Below, one piece after another: positions 21,401 to 32,285 of a DNA stretch of 32,285 nt. This stretch comes from Atractiella rhizophila (Eukaryota): NCBI GenBank assembly GCA_021432655.1, contig MU271685.1:1-32285 (forward strand), given 5' to 3'. The position numbers and the translations under genes are program-made. The notes under the pieces are model-generated. The model was not told the DNA's origin. It saw nothing but the letters and a program-made list of their open reading frames with translations, and did no database searches. The number at the start of each line of letters is the position of its first letter. Position 1 is the stretch's first letter.

Positions 21401-21995
21401 TTCTTCCAATCCTTTGCACTGGGGAGGTTGGAGGTTGACAACAAGAACGTGCTGCCAGAACCGATGCCAGATGTCATCCGCCAACTGCGTCGTCGGTCTG
21501 TCCGCTGGTCCAGGTTTCCAAAACTGTCCGCTGCCGCCTCTCCTTCGGTCGGAAACACGATCATCAACATTCTTCCTGCTTCGACTTCCTCCCTCCTTTC
21601 TGGTCCGTATGCCCAGCCAATTCTCGCAGGAGCAGTACTCTACCTCGCCGGATACCTCAGCGGTTCTGCAGGCACATCTGGAAGTGCTGGATTCGTTTAT
21701 GGAGGAAGCGACTGGGATAGATACAACGATTTCGGGATTGGTGGAGATGGTGGTGGAGTTGGGTCAGGAGAAGCTGGCATTGGATTTTGGTATGCTCTGA
21801 CGAGGTGAGTTTCTGAGATTTGGATTTCAGACGTGTGAGGAGGGGAGATCGGATCGAACAGGATCGAGAAGATCTCGGCGTTCGCGTGTTGTCCTTTGTT
21901 AAGATCTAGATGTCTTCTCTGCTAAACTAACATGCTCTCTTTGCCGCAGATTTTGTTACTCAGCTATCGCTGCTCAACGACGTATACCAAGCTAG
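18417..21995 (+). CDS. KASH-like (Kms1/KASH5-type) tail-anchored nuclear-envelope coiled-coil protein, ~1015 aa, 9 exons
   Basis: Exons 18417-18419 (ATG only), 18479-18783, 18834-20184, 20239-20413, 20466-20563, 20610-21008, 21064-21388, 21459-21804 and 21950-21995. Helical, degenerate EF-hand-like N-terminus; long Ser/Pro-rich linker; coiled coil (LRETIDRLKFDLDELR); one C-terminal hydrophobic segment; tail ending RRIPS*. The gene model is solid; the KASH assignment is an inference. Confidence 0.72.
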
Positions 21996-22867
21996 TTTAG
22001 CCGACAGCGTGTTCTTTTTGGAGAGTTCTATGAATATATGTATACATGTTATGACTGTTCCTTCCGTCTTCGGTTCGCCTTTGCTGGCTGTTGTAGTCAA
22101 ACCTTACACTGCTCAATGGATTGATTTGAAATATGTCCGATGAACTGTATCTGTAATCATCTGTCGGTCTCATCTTGATCCGCCGACACTGTAATCTCGC
22201 CCGTTCCGAAGCGCAACGACGACGAACCCCCCCATTTCGTTCTCAATCATTTTCTTCGGCAGAGCACCTTGGGAATCGCACTCCGACTATTTCAAGAGGC
22301 TAAAAGGCTTCTAAGGCTTCTAGAAGGTGAGAAACGCTCATTTCGTATTCGGCAGTGGCGAGAAGAAGTTTTCTTCCTTCTTCTTCCAGACCTTGACAGG
22401 AATTTGTAGATTCTAATTCGTCAATTCTCCTCAGACCGCGAATATAACAGTCGAAACTCGTCACTGTCCTTTTCCGAAGTGCTTTTGAGCCATTTGGGAG
22501 CGGAAACAAAATCAGGACTTGCTTGGAACTATTGAACGGCTGAAGTGGGTCTCCGTTTGTGAAGGATAGAGAGTGCAAAAGAAGGTGCGTTTGCAACCCA
22601 TGTTTTGTTGGAATCGGGTCAGACGTCAGCGCTTCTTCTTGCATGCCAGAGAGTGGCATGTTGAGAGGGCGACTTGGGCTCCTTGCGTTTGTTTGGTCGT
22701 TTGGCTGGATGATGTTTGTTCGATGGGTTCGATGCGCTCTCATCAGCCCAGAGCCAAAGGAGCGGTGGAGATCCTACCTTCGATCCGACCCTAGAACCAT
22801 GACGTTCTGCTGGTTATAAAGGAGTCTGACTGCGTCCATAGGTCTCAACGAGAACAAAGGAAAGAGG

Positions 22868-25080
22868 ATGGTTTGGGGAACCGGATCTAGATCACGCTCG
22901 AACTCGATGAATTCTTCAAATCCCCAACAATCTCAGGCTCCGCCGCCTCAAGCCATGTCCTACGCTCAGCGTTATCTCGCTCAGCAACAGGCGCAGCAAC
23001 AGCAACAGCAACAACAGCCGCCTTACAATCAACCAACTTATCAGCAAGCGCCGCCCCAGCATCATCTGCCTCCTCCTCCGCAGCCTAGGTATCAGGCCGC
23101 CCCTCAACATCCCCAACAGCCGTCCGCGTACGGATACTACTCCCCGCAGCCTCCATCACCAACTATGATGTCCGTTGACATCCCTGAAGATCCGAATCAA
23201 TACCCCTTCTATCCACCTGCTCCCCCTCCGGGACACTACGGCCAACAACCTGGGAGTCCTGGCTTCCATAATCGCAGTTTCGCCAACCCGGCCGGCGGTC
23301 TAACCGGCAGTCCAACCACTCAGTCCTACCAGATGTTTCATCCTCCTCCTCAACCTCCCCCTCAGCAACACCATCAGCCTCCGCCTCAACAATACCAGCA
23401 GCCGAGGACATTCGGAGCGAGGCCACTGAGCATGTCGATGGCAGGAGCAGAATTTGGTGGCGGAATGGTGAGCGCTTCATTGGTTGCATTAATGTTTTCC
23501 AGAGAGTTTGCGACACGTTTGTTTGGTGAAGCTGTCATGAGGTCTTCTCAACAACTGAAGGAGCCAATTTCCGTGCGCATATAAGCGTGGGGGTTCCAAA
23601 GTATGAATGAATTCGGCGGTGGTACAAACGACTCGCCATCGCCATGGATTGCACGGCTTAGCTTCTGTCCCTCGCGCCGGGCTTCACAGAACCTGGAGGC
23701 AGGCTTGGACGGGATTCCCGTCATTTTCTCTTGGTCTGGGAATCTGCTAGATGCCTGCAAGTACCATGCACCCCGTTTATCTGGGATCTGGAGCAGATAT
23801 CGAGATCGGTTGATAACCTTTCCGATTGATGCATGACTCATAATACTTCCCTAACTTTATCCAATTACCCATTCATCCTTTCTGAAGTGAAAGCTAATCG
23901 TCCTCTCGTCAACAGCTCCAGCGACGCTACTCTGCCTCTGGTTCTGGACCTCCGACCTTGCCAACCCCTGGCATTCCTGGACCTACCGAAGCTGAAGCGG
24001 TTCGTGCTTCCTGCTGCTCGTCCGAGGGTGCTGAAGTCAATTCGATGCTTTTGGGTTACAGAAAGCGAGAAGGTATAGGAAGAAGACTCCCCCAGAATGC
24101 TGTCACGTTTGTTCAGCGACGGAGACACCAGAGTGGAGGAAAGGGCCATCGGGACCACGCACCACGTTCGTTTTTCGCTCCCTGCCTGTCAAAGTCTTTC
24201 ATGTACTAACGAGATCTCTTAAAGTTGTAATGCCTGCGGTCTGGTCCACTCTAAGATGAACCTTCCGGAACCAAAGAACATCGATGAGGTCTTACAGCAG
24301 CTCGAGATGGTGGGCTGCTCTCGCTTCCGCACCTCGAAACACACCCTCCCTCCCGGTGCTCGCGAACGTTGCCTCAGAACCTGGGTTCCTCCCATTCGTC
24401 ATGGTGCATCTTCGCGCTACAGCACGGCTCCAAACTCGAGTCGACAATCCGGCACGTACAGTCAAGTGGAGCGAGATGCGGCTGCCCAACTTGCGGCTCT
24501 GCCGCACACTCGTCCAGGAAGATCCAGCTCGATGTCGACTTCCTCCCAGGGCTCTGGATCGACCGTCACTGGTGTACCTGGAACAGCGTCGGCTGGATTG
24601 ACATATCAGAGAGCGTCGCCTGGATCCAGTGGAAGCTCTTCCAGAGCGACAACGACGAACAATCGCGCCGCATCTCCGGCTAGGCGTTGGGGAACTAGCA
24701 GCAACACGTCGTCCTCTTCTTCGCACCGCAACAGCGCTCCTGATGGCGGCCTTGGTAGCGACGGCGCAGGAGGGTTGCCTGGAGTCAGTTTCCCTCCAAC
24801 AATGGACGAGGGGCCGACCTATCGATCTTCCTCGCCAGATTTGGCCGTCAATCCCAAAAGACTGTCTCAGATGTCCCTGGAGGACGAACCGACCGGAGAT
24901 GGGAATGTGCAGTCAAACTCGAGGATGTCAATCGCCAATCTCACAAACCCCATCGACCTTTCCCAAGCCCAGGGTCAGGTTGGCGGAGGACAGAGAGAGA
25001 GGAGACTTTCGAGCTCGGAGATGGCTGCTATTAGGTACAAGGAAGAACTTGAGAAAAGACGCCGATCGCGAGGGTTGTAG
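22868..25080 (+). CDS. GATA zinc-finger transcription factor (CX2CX18CX2C) with a Gln/Pro-rich N-terminus, ~600 aa
   Basis: Exons 22868-23467, 23561-23572, 23662-23808, 23916-23999, 24062-24165 and 24225-25080 (exons 2-3 less certain). The finger is [28 protein letters not shown], preceded by basic RRYRKKTPP. Confidence 0.87.
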
Positions 25081-25146
25081 GATTGGAAACGAATCTTATG
25101 CTGTGAGTCTGCTCTTTCATGAAAGCTTCTTTTATGACAAGGTTTT

Positions 25147-25849
25147 TCAGTTGAAACGGTCTCTGAACATGTCTGGAACGGCTTCATGTAGGAAATCCAC
25201 GACGATGAACCCCAACTTCGGTTTTCTCCTCTTGTCTAAATAATCAACAAACGAATTACCCCGCACGATCGTCAAATCCTCAGTGGCAGATATATCTCTT
25301 CCTCCTTTCCTGCTCTTCACCTTTGGCGCCTCGTTGATGGAAAGAACTGTGTTCTGTCTGGTTTCAGTGAGCAACCGATTAACCGCTATAACATTAGTAA
25401 CATTAGCCTTCTTGCCTCTTTCACTTCTTACTCTGAAAAACGAACATTTCTTTCCCCTTTCTGAAATCACAGATTGAAAAAACATCGCTTCAAGTTCTCC
25501 TACGTTCATATGAGCAGCGTTAGATTTAATGGTTCCTTTGGTACCGTTGTCTCATGAAGGATTAGCCGATTCACCGTCTGTCTTCTTTTGTAGGAGTGAT
25601 TTCGTACAAAATAATACTTCTACCTTCTGAATACTTTGTCTGCTTTCTGCCATTTCGTCGCGAAATTCTTCCCCTTGTGCCCTCTCCATCACAATCTACT
25701 TATTCCCTCTCAAGTCAGTGACAAGATTTGCTAGTCGCATTTACACTCCCAGTTTCTTCTCGTTTCTCTTTTTCCGCGGGCAAGGAAGGAACGGTGATCA
25801 AAAAGAAGGAAAGAAGCAAGTTATCGGCAGGGAGGGAGGTTGTTCTCAT
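25147..25849 (-). CDS. Candidate orphan protein, 172 aa, 4 exons
   Basis: ATG in a CATCAAA context. Exons 25849-25745, 25695-25575, 25499-25446 and 25385-25147 are joined by three GT-AG introns (49, 75, 60 nt) with CTGAC/CTAAC/CTAAT branch sites that keep the frame open. No recognisable domain. Confidence 0.45.
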
Positions 25850-27308
25850 TTTGATGTGGACTCACGGATCTCGTCTCGTTTCCGTCCATCTTTTTCTGGT
25901 CTGTCCATCGTTCATGGTTCAGTATCTTCAACGATCAACCCTTTTTATCTATCGACGAAACCGAGTAGCAGTATCTATATGATAAAAAGATATACGCTTA
26001 GCCTACCAAATAGGCTTTATTTTTCGTTTCTTCCCATTTTGGATGAATGTTCTGCGCTTGAGCTTTCCGTAGTAGTCGAAACCAAAGAAATAACAATGAA
26101 TGATGAATGAATAGTTATGGGAACAAATTCTCTTTCCTGCTGTTTCCAGTCGCTCACAAATACCGAGAATACGGTCTGATTCTCGTCTTTCCAGCCATTA
26201 CCATTAAGTCCGCCCTCATATGTCTCTGGAAGTGTTTTATCGTAGTAAACTGAAAGTCGGTCTGCTAATGAAGATCTTACAGGTACGGAGGTGCTCATGC
26301 AGCGCACTCATAGCGCAGTTTGTTGCTATGCTGGTGAGAATGCGTTAATACGCACCAGCAACAGAGAACAAGCAGGACATCAGGACAGGAAGGTCCGGTA
26401 GTCAATTCAACGGAAATGAACAGCGTTTGACGCTCATAAGAGCCTACAGGAGGGACCGAGCTTACCCATATTTTTTTTGCGCAAGCCTATGATGACAATA
26501 TAGATCTGGTACGGGAAGTCGAATGCAGGATTTCTGCCTCTTGGAGAGACATTCATGTTATTATTGCGGTATGAATTTCTGTGTTGATTATGGCTAAGTA
26601 CAGTAACGACTGAAAGATCAAGCAGTGCAGAACAAACGACAAATGGAGGGCAAGAGTTAGTCCATATCCACCAACGTTAGGGGCAGGGCATGGTCCAAGA
26701 ATGATGGAGGTTGTGAATCTCGAGGTCGACATCTGTTGGGTGCTACCAGAAGTGTACACCGGACTCAGGGCTTTACAATGCTATGCCACTATGACATAAA
26801 CTTGCAATATAGCTGATTTATACAATTTTCGGTTTGAAACCGATTCGACGATTCGACAATTGCTTGGAAGTTGCAGATATTTTATGGGAATTACAACACT
26901 TTCTAGTACTTGGACTGAGGCTTCTCACATTCCCAGCCAGCATCGATTGTCTGAAAGAAGCAACATACCACAAGTAGTTGCGCTTGCGCCAGTTTTTTCC
27001 TTCCATTTATTTGACTTTGCAGACTCCAATTATGACTTCCGCGGCCAGTGTTTTTCTAAGTTCTTTCTTCAAGGTTCATGATGATTCGTGATCCCGTTCT
27101 TTTTGCCACTTCGGGAAGGAGTCATTTGGCATCCGCATTTCGCTCTTGATCCCGCATAAAAAGCGCAAGCAGCTCCAGAATCCACCAAACTGAACCAGCC
27201 ATTGGCTGACGCCTCATTTAGACGACTCCAACGAATTGGGCGAGCAAGAAGTAGGAATCAAGTAACCTGAACGAAATCGATTTGGAGATCAACGGAAATC
27301 AAGGGAGG

Positions 27309-30300
27309 ATGGCGGCTGTGGTGGAGAACGTGCAAGTGGCGTCGATGTCCGGTCCTGGAGGAGGATCTGGAACAAGTGATAATTCAAGAGGGAGAGGGAG
27401 AGGTCGCGGACACTCCCACTCTCATGGAAATGGACGAGGAGGTGGAAGATGGAATGGGAATAATCGAGGGAGAGGAGGAGCTGGGAGAGGACGCGGTCGA
27501 GGTTCGAGTTCTCAGGCTTCTCAGAAACAAGAGGGTGTCTCTTCCACGACTGGCGGTGGCTCAGACGGACCGACCGTGACTGCGCCTGCTGCCGTGTCTA
27601 ATGCAAGGAGAGCGCGCTTCAATGCTGCTCTCACAACGAACGCGAACGCGGATAAGAACACCGCTTCAGATGCGCGTTCCGAAGCTTCAGTATCTACTGC
27701 AACGTCCGCGGCACAAGCAACGGTGGCGTCGACTTCTCGAGCACGCGTCGTGCCCCCACCGAAAGACAGCTCGCTTCTGGCTCAGCTCTCGCATGCATTG
27801 ACCCATGCTCCCCACCCAGAATGCCCAATCTGTTTCGTAGCGGTGCGGCCGAGAGACGCGATTCACTCCTGTCTTGTTTGCTACAAACCGTTCCACCTCA
27901 AATGTATCAAGGATTGGAGCAACCGCTCTGTATCAGAGTCGCGGAATGTAGTCGTAGGTATGAACCCGAGGGAAGGGGAGGGGAAGTGGAGATGTCCGGC
28001 GTGCAATTCGCAGTTTGGGGAGAAGGAGATGCCGGGAGAGTATGGCTGTTTCTGCGGAAAGATGAATCTGGGAATTAAGGCTCAACAGGAGGGAGAAGGA
28101 GGGAGGATGCTCAGACGTGGTAAAGTGGCGCATAGCTGTAATCAGCCCTGTGGGAAGACTATTCGGAATTCGAGAGGGGAGAAGGCTTGTGATCATCCTT
28201 GTGCCCACTTTTGGTCCGTCCACTTTGTCTTCAAATTGAACAGCACTGACGGGGAAGACAGTCACCCTGGTCCCTGCCCACCTTGTGGAATAGTCATTAC
28301 ACCTTCATGTCACTGTGGGTCGAAAACTCTAAACCTCCGCTGCTCGTCTCTCTCTTCCTCTGGCCCCTCCACCTCAGCCACTCCGATCGATCCCCTCTCT
28401 TGCAACTCGGTGTGCAACAAGGTCCTCGAGTGCGGAATCCACCACTGCTCGTCCATCTGCCACTCCGGTCCCTGTCCCCCTTGCGAAGTAGTACGATCGA
28501 AACGCTGTTATTGCGGCGAGTCCGTCATGTCCTCGCCTTGTGCGGAGATTAAAGGAGAGAGGATGCCGTGTCATTCGCCAATCGAAGGAAGCAGCGGTTG
28601 GGAAGGAGAATTTAGCTGTGAGAGGAGCTGCCCGTGGATGTATGACTGCGGACTTCATCAGTGCGAGGAGGCTGGAGGACGCTGCCACGCCCACGAACGA
28701 AGGGAGACGTTGATCTGTCCTAGATCACCTGCCGTAGTTGTTACGTGTCCATGCGACAATTCAGTGCCGTTGGAGAAATTGGGAGGGAATAAGCGGGAGA
28801 AGTGCACAGACGCCCTCATCACTTGTGGTCGGGAATGTGGGCGAAGGTTGGAGTGCGGACATGCTTGTAGGAGGAAGTGTCATGATGGTGAATGCTTGGG
28901 AGAGGGAGAGGAGTGTACGGAACAACTGGCCATCGTCTGTCGCTGTGGCGATCTCAAGCTCTCTCGGACCTGCGCCGAAGCACGTCGAATCCTAACCAAA
29001 CGAACCTCCTTCGCTGTGTCGGATGAAGGGAACCTGCTGTGCGAGAAAGTCTGCAAGTCCCTCAAATCTTGCGGCCGACATCCTTGCAATCGGAAGTGCT
29101 GTCCTCTCTCCTTCCAGGAACATGAGCGAGCGAGAAAGAAGGGTAAATGGCGAGCGATAGCGAGTGCGAGAGATGAAGCGTTGGAGGATCCCCAAGGTTG
29201 GCATAAATGTGACTTGATATGTGGAAAGAAGTTGGCTTGTGGAAGACATTTCTGCGAGGACACAGATCATAAAGGTCCCTGCGGTCGCTGTCTTAATGCA
29301 CGCTTCGAAGAGTTTGTCCTCTCTCCTCTTCTCTCGAACTGTTGTTGATCGCGATGTGGATGCAGGCTAGTGTGCAATTGTGGAAAGACTATCCTCCCAC
29401 CTCCTATCCCCTGTGGCACCTCCATTAGCTGCTCGTTCCCCTGCACTCGTCCTCCGCCTCCTTGTGGACATGACAAAGTTCCACACACCTGCCACGAGGA
29501 CGACAATCCATGTCCTCCTTGCCCTTACCTCACGACGAAGACCTGCCAATGTTGGCGCCAAACACAAATGAAGAACGTTCGGTGCGCTGCAGAGCGTGTC
29601 TCTTGCGGTCTTGCTTGTGGGAGGTTCCTCGATTGCGGTTTCCATAGGTGCACGAAGAGCTGTCACACTGGTGATTGTGGAGCATGTAGTCAGGTCTGCG
29701 GGAAACCAAGGAAATTCTGGTGCGTCTTGCCCTCTGCGCTGAAAGATAGAGAGTTGATCGAAGTTCATGTCAAGCGGTCATCCCTGCGATACTCAGTGTC
29801 ATGCTCCATTCCCCTGCCCTGCCGTCAATCCCTGCAAATCCACGGTCACGGTCTCCTGCGCTTGCGGCCACATTAGCCAGAAGGTCGTCTGCAACTCATC
29901 GGAAGAGCATCCCGAAGGCAATCGCTCGCGAGTCCTCAAGTGCAAGGATGCCTGCGCAGTGGAGAAACGGAACAAGGCGTTTGCCTCTGCACTTGGCATC
30001 GATACCTCAAAGCCTCGTGCCCCTTCTCAAGAAGTGGAATACGACGAAGAGATCATGTCTTTCTACGCGTCCAACCGGTCTTTCTGCGATGGTATTGAGA
30101 AAACTATCCGAGAATTCGTTGAAGGAGGGAAGGCGACATTCATGTTCCCTCATCAGAAGAAACAACAGCGATATTTCGTCCATCTACTTTCTGGATATTT
30201 TCAACTAGAATCCCATGGCATCGATGAAGAGCCTCATCGTTCCGTCATGCTCAATCGTCTCCCAACCACCTTAACCCCAACACCTACGCTGGCCGAAGCA

Positions 30301-31030
30301 TATCAGAAAAAGATTGCAGGATCCAAGAGCACATTAACGTTGGGAAACTTGAAAGATATTTCGAAGGAGCGAGAGGAGAAGAAGGAAAAGGAGTCGCGCG
30401 GTGCCAATGCGCTGATCCTTGAAGGCGTATTTGGGATGGAGAAAGAGACGTTGATGAGGATGTTCAAAGCTCTTACGGATCATGAATTCGACTTGGTTTG
30501 GGAAACAGAAGACGATGTCCTTCTTTATTTTCCTGCAACCCCTAGCATTGGTTCAGAACACATCCTCGCCCTTCAACAAGGACTCAAGGCGATGAATGAA
30601 GGAAGCAACAGGTTTGCAAATGACATAGTACCGACTACAGTCGACGAGAACGGCAAGATTGTCTGGAGAAAGGGATGGACAGAAATTGCGAAAGGTCCAC
30701 CGGTTACTCCTCGTTGGGTGACCCCCGTTCATACCGCCAAACCGTCTCCATCCATCTCTACCAATACTTTCAATCTTTTGGACAACAGGAAAGCGTCTCC
30801 AAAACCGGTGCCGCCTGTCAGTGGAACATCTGGCAGCAGCTGGGACGTTGTTGGAGGAGGTTTGCATAGGGTATGTTTTATTCCTCTATTGTGAAATAAA
30901 CGGCTGAGTTTCTCTCCAGCCGCCGTCTGCTGTCATAGTTCCCTCAGTGAAGGAACGTTTTCATGCACCTATCCCAGTCCCAGCAAAAGCTGACGACGAT
31001 GGTGTCGTGGATAACTGGGAAGACTTATGA
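27309..31030 (+). CDS. NF-X1-type zinc finger protein (FAP1/NFX1/shuttle craft-like): RING, NF-X1 repeats, R3H; ~1171 aa
   Basis: Exons 27309-28213, 28262-29311, 29366-29719, 29775-30870 and 30920-31030. RGG-rich N-terminus; RING CPIC..HSCLVCYKPFHLKCI..WRCPAC; many CGxHxCxxxCHxGPCPPC repeats; R3H-like QRYFVHLLS..ESHGIDEEPHRSV; VVDNWEDL tail. Confidence 0.93.
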
Positions 31031-31368
31031 AATGTTTTGTTTGGATAGATTGATGTGTAACATTGCAATAATACGTTCTATTTATTCACTCTAAAAAAAG
31101 GGGTAAAAGATGCGCAGGTTCTTGTGAATGTGAGATAATATACTGTCGGCATTAGATTTTGACTATACCCGTAAAGCCATGCCTCTTGCCAGACCCTGCT
31201 TGCATTTCCCCATCATCATCCAGTGTTAGCAAATTACTCCTTCGAAATTGCTTGTTCGTGTTTGCGTTATGTTTGCAAGATGACGATCAGGACCGATCGG
31301 CTCAGCAACGCACTATCTCCATCGCTGGCTGCAGCAGCTTGCAGCATTCATCCAACCAACACCACACT

Positions 31369-31606
31369 ATGGTACTCTCGCTCGTGCAGTCCGTGCGCTC
31401 CCGTGAGTCGCTAGCCTTTGCTCACGTGCGGTCGAAATGCTGAATGACACTGGTTGGTCGATTGTGACCGTGAATAGGCTACCTGGAGACCATCCGCTCC
31501 GTCCAGCCTCCCGCAAGATGGAAAATTGTGGTGGTGGATCAGTGGACCAGGGAATTGATCAATGGTGTATTGAAGATGTATGATATCCTGGAGGAGAACG
31601 TGCAGC
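31369..31606 (+). CDS. SEC1: Sec1/Munc18 (SM) protein, first two exons only
   Basis: Exons 31369-31402 and 31478-31606 give MVLSLVQSVRSRYLETIRSVQPPARWKIVVVDQWTRELINGVLKMYDILEENVQ, the typical Sec1 N-terminus. A GTGCGT donor follows at 31607, but no clear exon 3 is visible in the window. Confidence 0.85.
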
Positions 31607-32285
31607 GTGCGTACTTTCATCTTGCCAAAGAGTCTGGATGCTTGTTCTCGGAGATGTTGAAGTTGAAGTTGTGATTCAGTTGGGGATATGAGTGGGATAT
31701 ATCCTATCAGTCTATGCTTCGAGAAGCTACTCAAGTGAAGGATTGAGCGGTTGATTCACTAACCCTTGTTAATATGAATTGAGAATGGGCTCCTATTCCA
31801 ATTATTATTTGAGAATTCCTGTTGGACGCCAGACCTCAGAGGAAGCTAAGCTACACCCTCAGCACCTCAGAGGAAGAGGAGGTTACCCGACATCTTCAGC
31901 ACCAAATCCGCATCAAGCGAAGTTTCCTGTCCTGTTGTTCTGTGCTATTCATGCATCAATCCGCTTTCTGAACACTGTCCGTCGCTTCGTTATTTTCCGA
32001 TATTCTAGTCATCTATATCATCTACACACGGGAAAGGCGGGATAGATCTAGAGCGCTAGAGATTGAAATGATTGCAGAATGTCCCAGCGTGCAGCCACTG
32101 CAGACCAGCATTTGCCCGCGGACAGATGTTATCATTAGCAGGAATAAGCTCTGTTAGTGCATCCGCACTCGTTGCAGAATTGATTTGGCTATATATCCTG
32201 TTTTTGAGGATGCTTTCATGATAATTTGAACTCAACCTTTGTGGCTTCGTGGTTGTGGCCGAGAGTCATCTCCTTTGGTTGTCCA

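Noticed and set aside
22300..22819. 147-aa minus ORF and short plus ORFs upstream of the GATA gene
   Set aside because: No domain. Plus-strand donor, branch and acceptor signals (GTGCGT ~22585; CTGAC..TAG ~22841) suggest a spliced 5' UTR of the GATA gene instead.
26017..27081. Short ORFs between the orphan candidate and the NF-X1 gene
   Set aside because: Could not be joined into a coherent spliced frame and show no recognisable motif.
1..32285. tRNA, rRNA, CRISPR arrays, intact transposons
   Set aside because: No cloverleaf or T-loop context, rRNA-like tract, spaced repeat array, terminal repeats or transposase/RT motifs seen; the DNA is eukaryotic.

Overview
This is intron-rich fungal DNA, most likely from a basidiomycete (short ~45-100 nt GT-AG introns, CTRAC/CTRAY branch sites). 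Splicing the ORF fragments by hand gives 10 recognisable genes plus one partial gene. In order: GPI19/PIG-P (-), a GPI-anchored pepsin-family aspartic protease (-), an F-box-like protein (+), an AN1 zinc-finger protein with a C-terminal CaaX (-), a secreted 15-exon thaumatin-like protein with C-terminal CBM52-like modules (-), RIB3 (+), a Rad51 paralogue (+), a KASH/Kms1-like nuclear-envelope coiled-coil protein (+), a GATA factor (+), an NF-X1/FAP1-like RING-R3H protein (+), and the 5' end of SEC1 (+). There is also a candidate 4-exon orphan gene (-). Two tandem duplications (295 bp and ~1.65 kb) each have one untemplated A at the junction and differ mainly at silent or non-coding sites. They may be haplotypes laid side by side by the assembler, although the larger one creates an in-frame chimeric ORF. 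Highlights: the unusual thaumatin-CBM52 fusion (with a 6-nt microexon and a GC-AG intron), and a protease whose first catalytic Asp lies in a 7-nt microexon. All family assignments come from motif recognition by eye; no searches were run.
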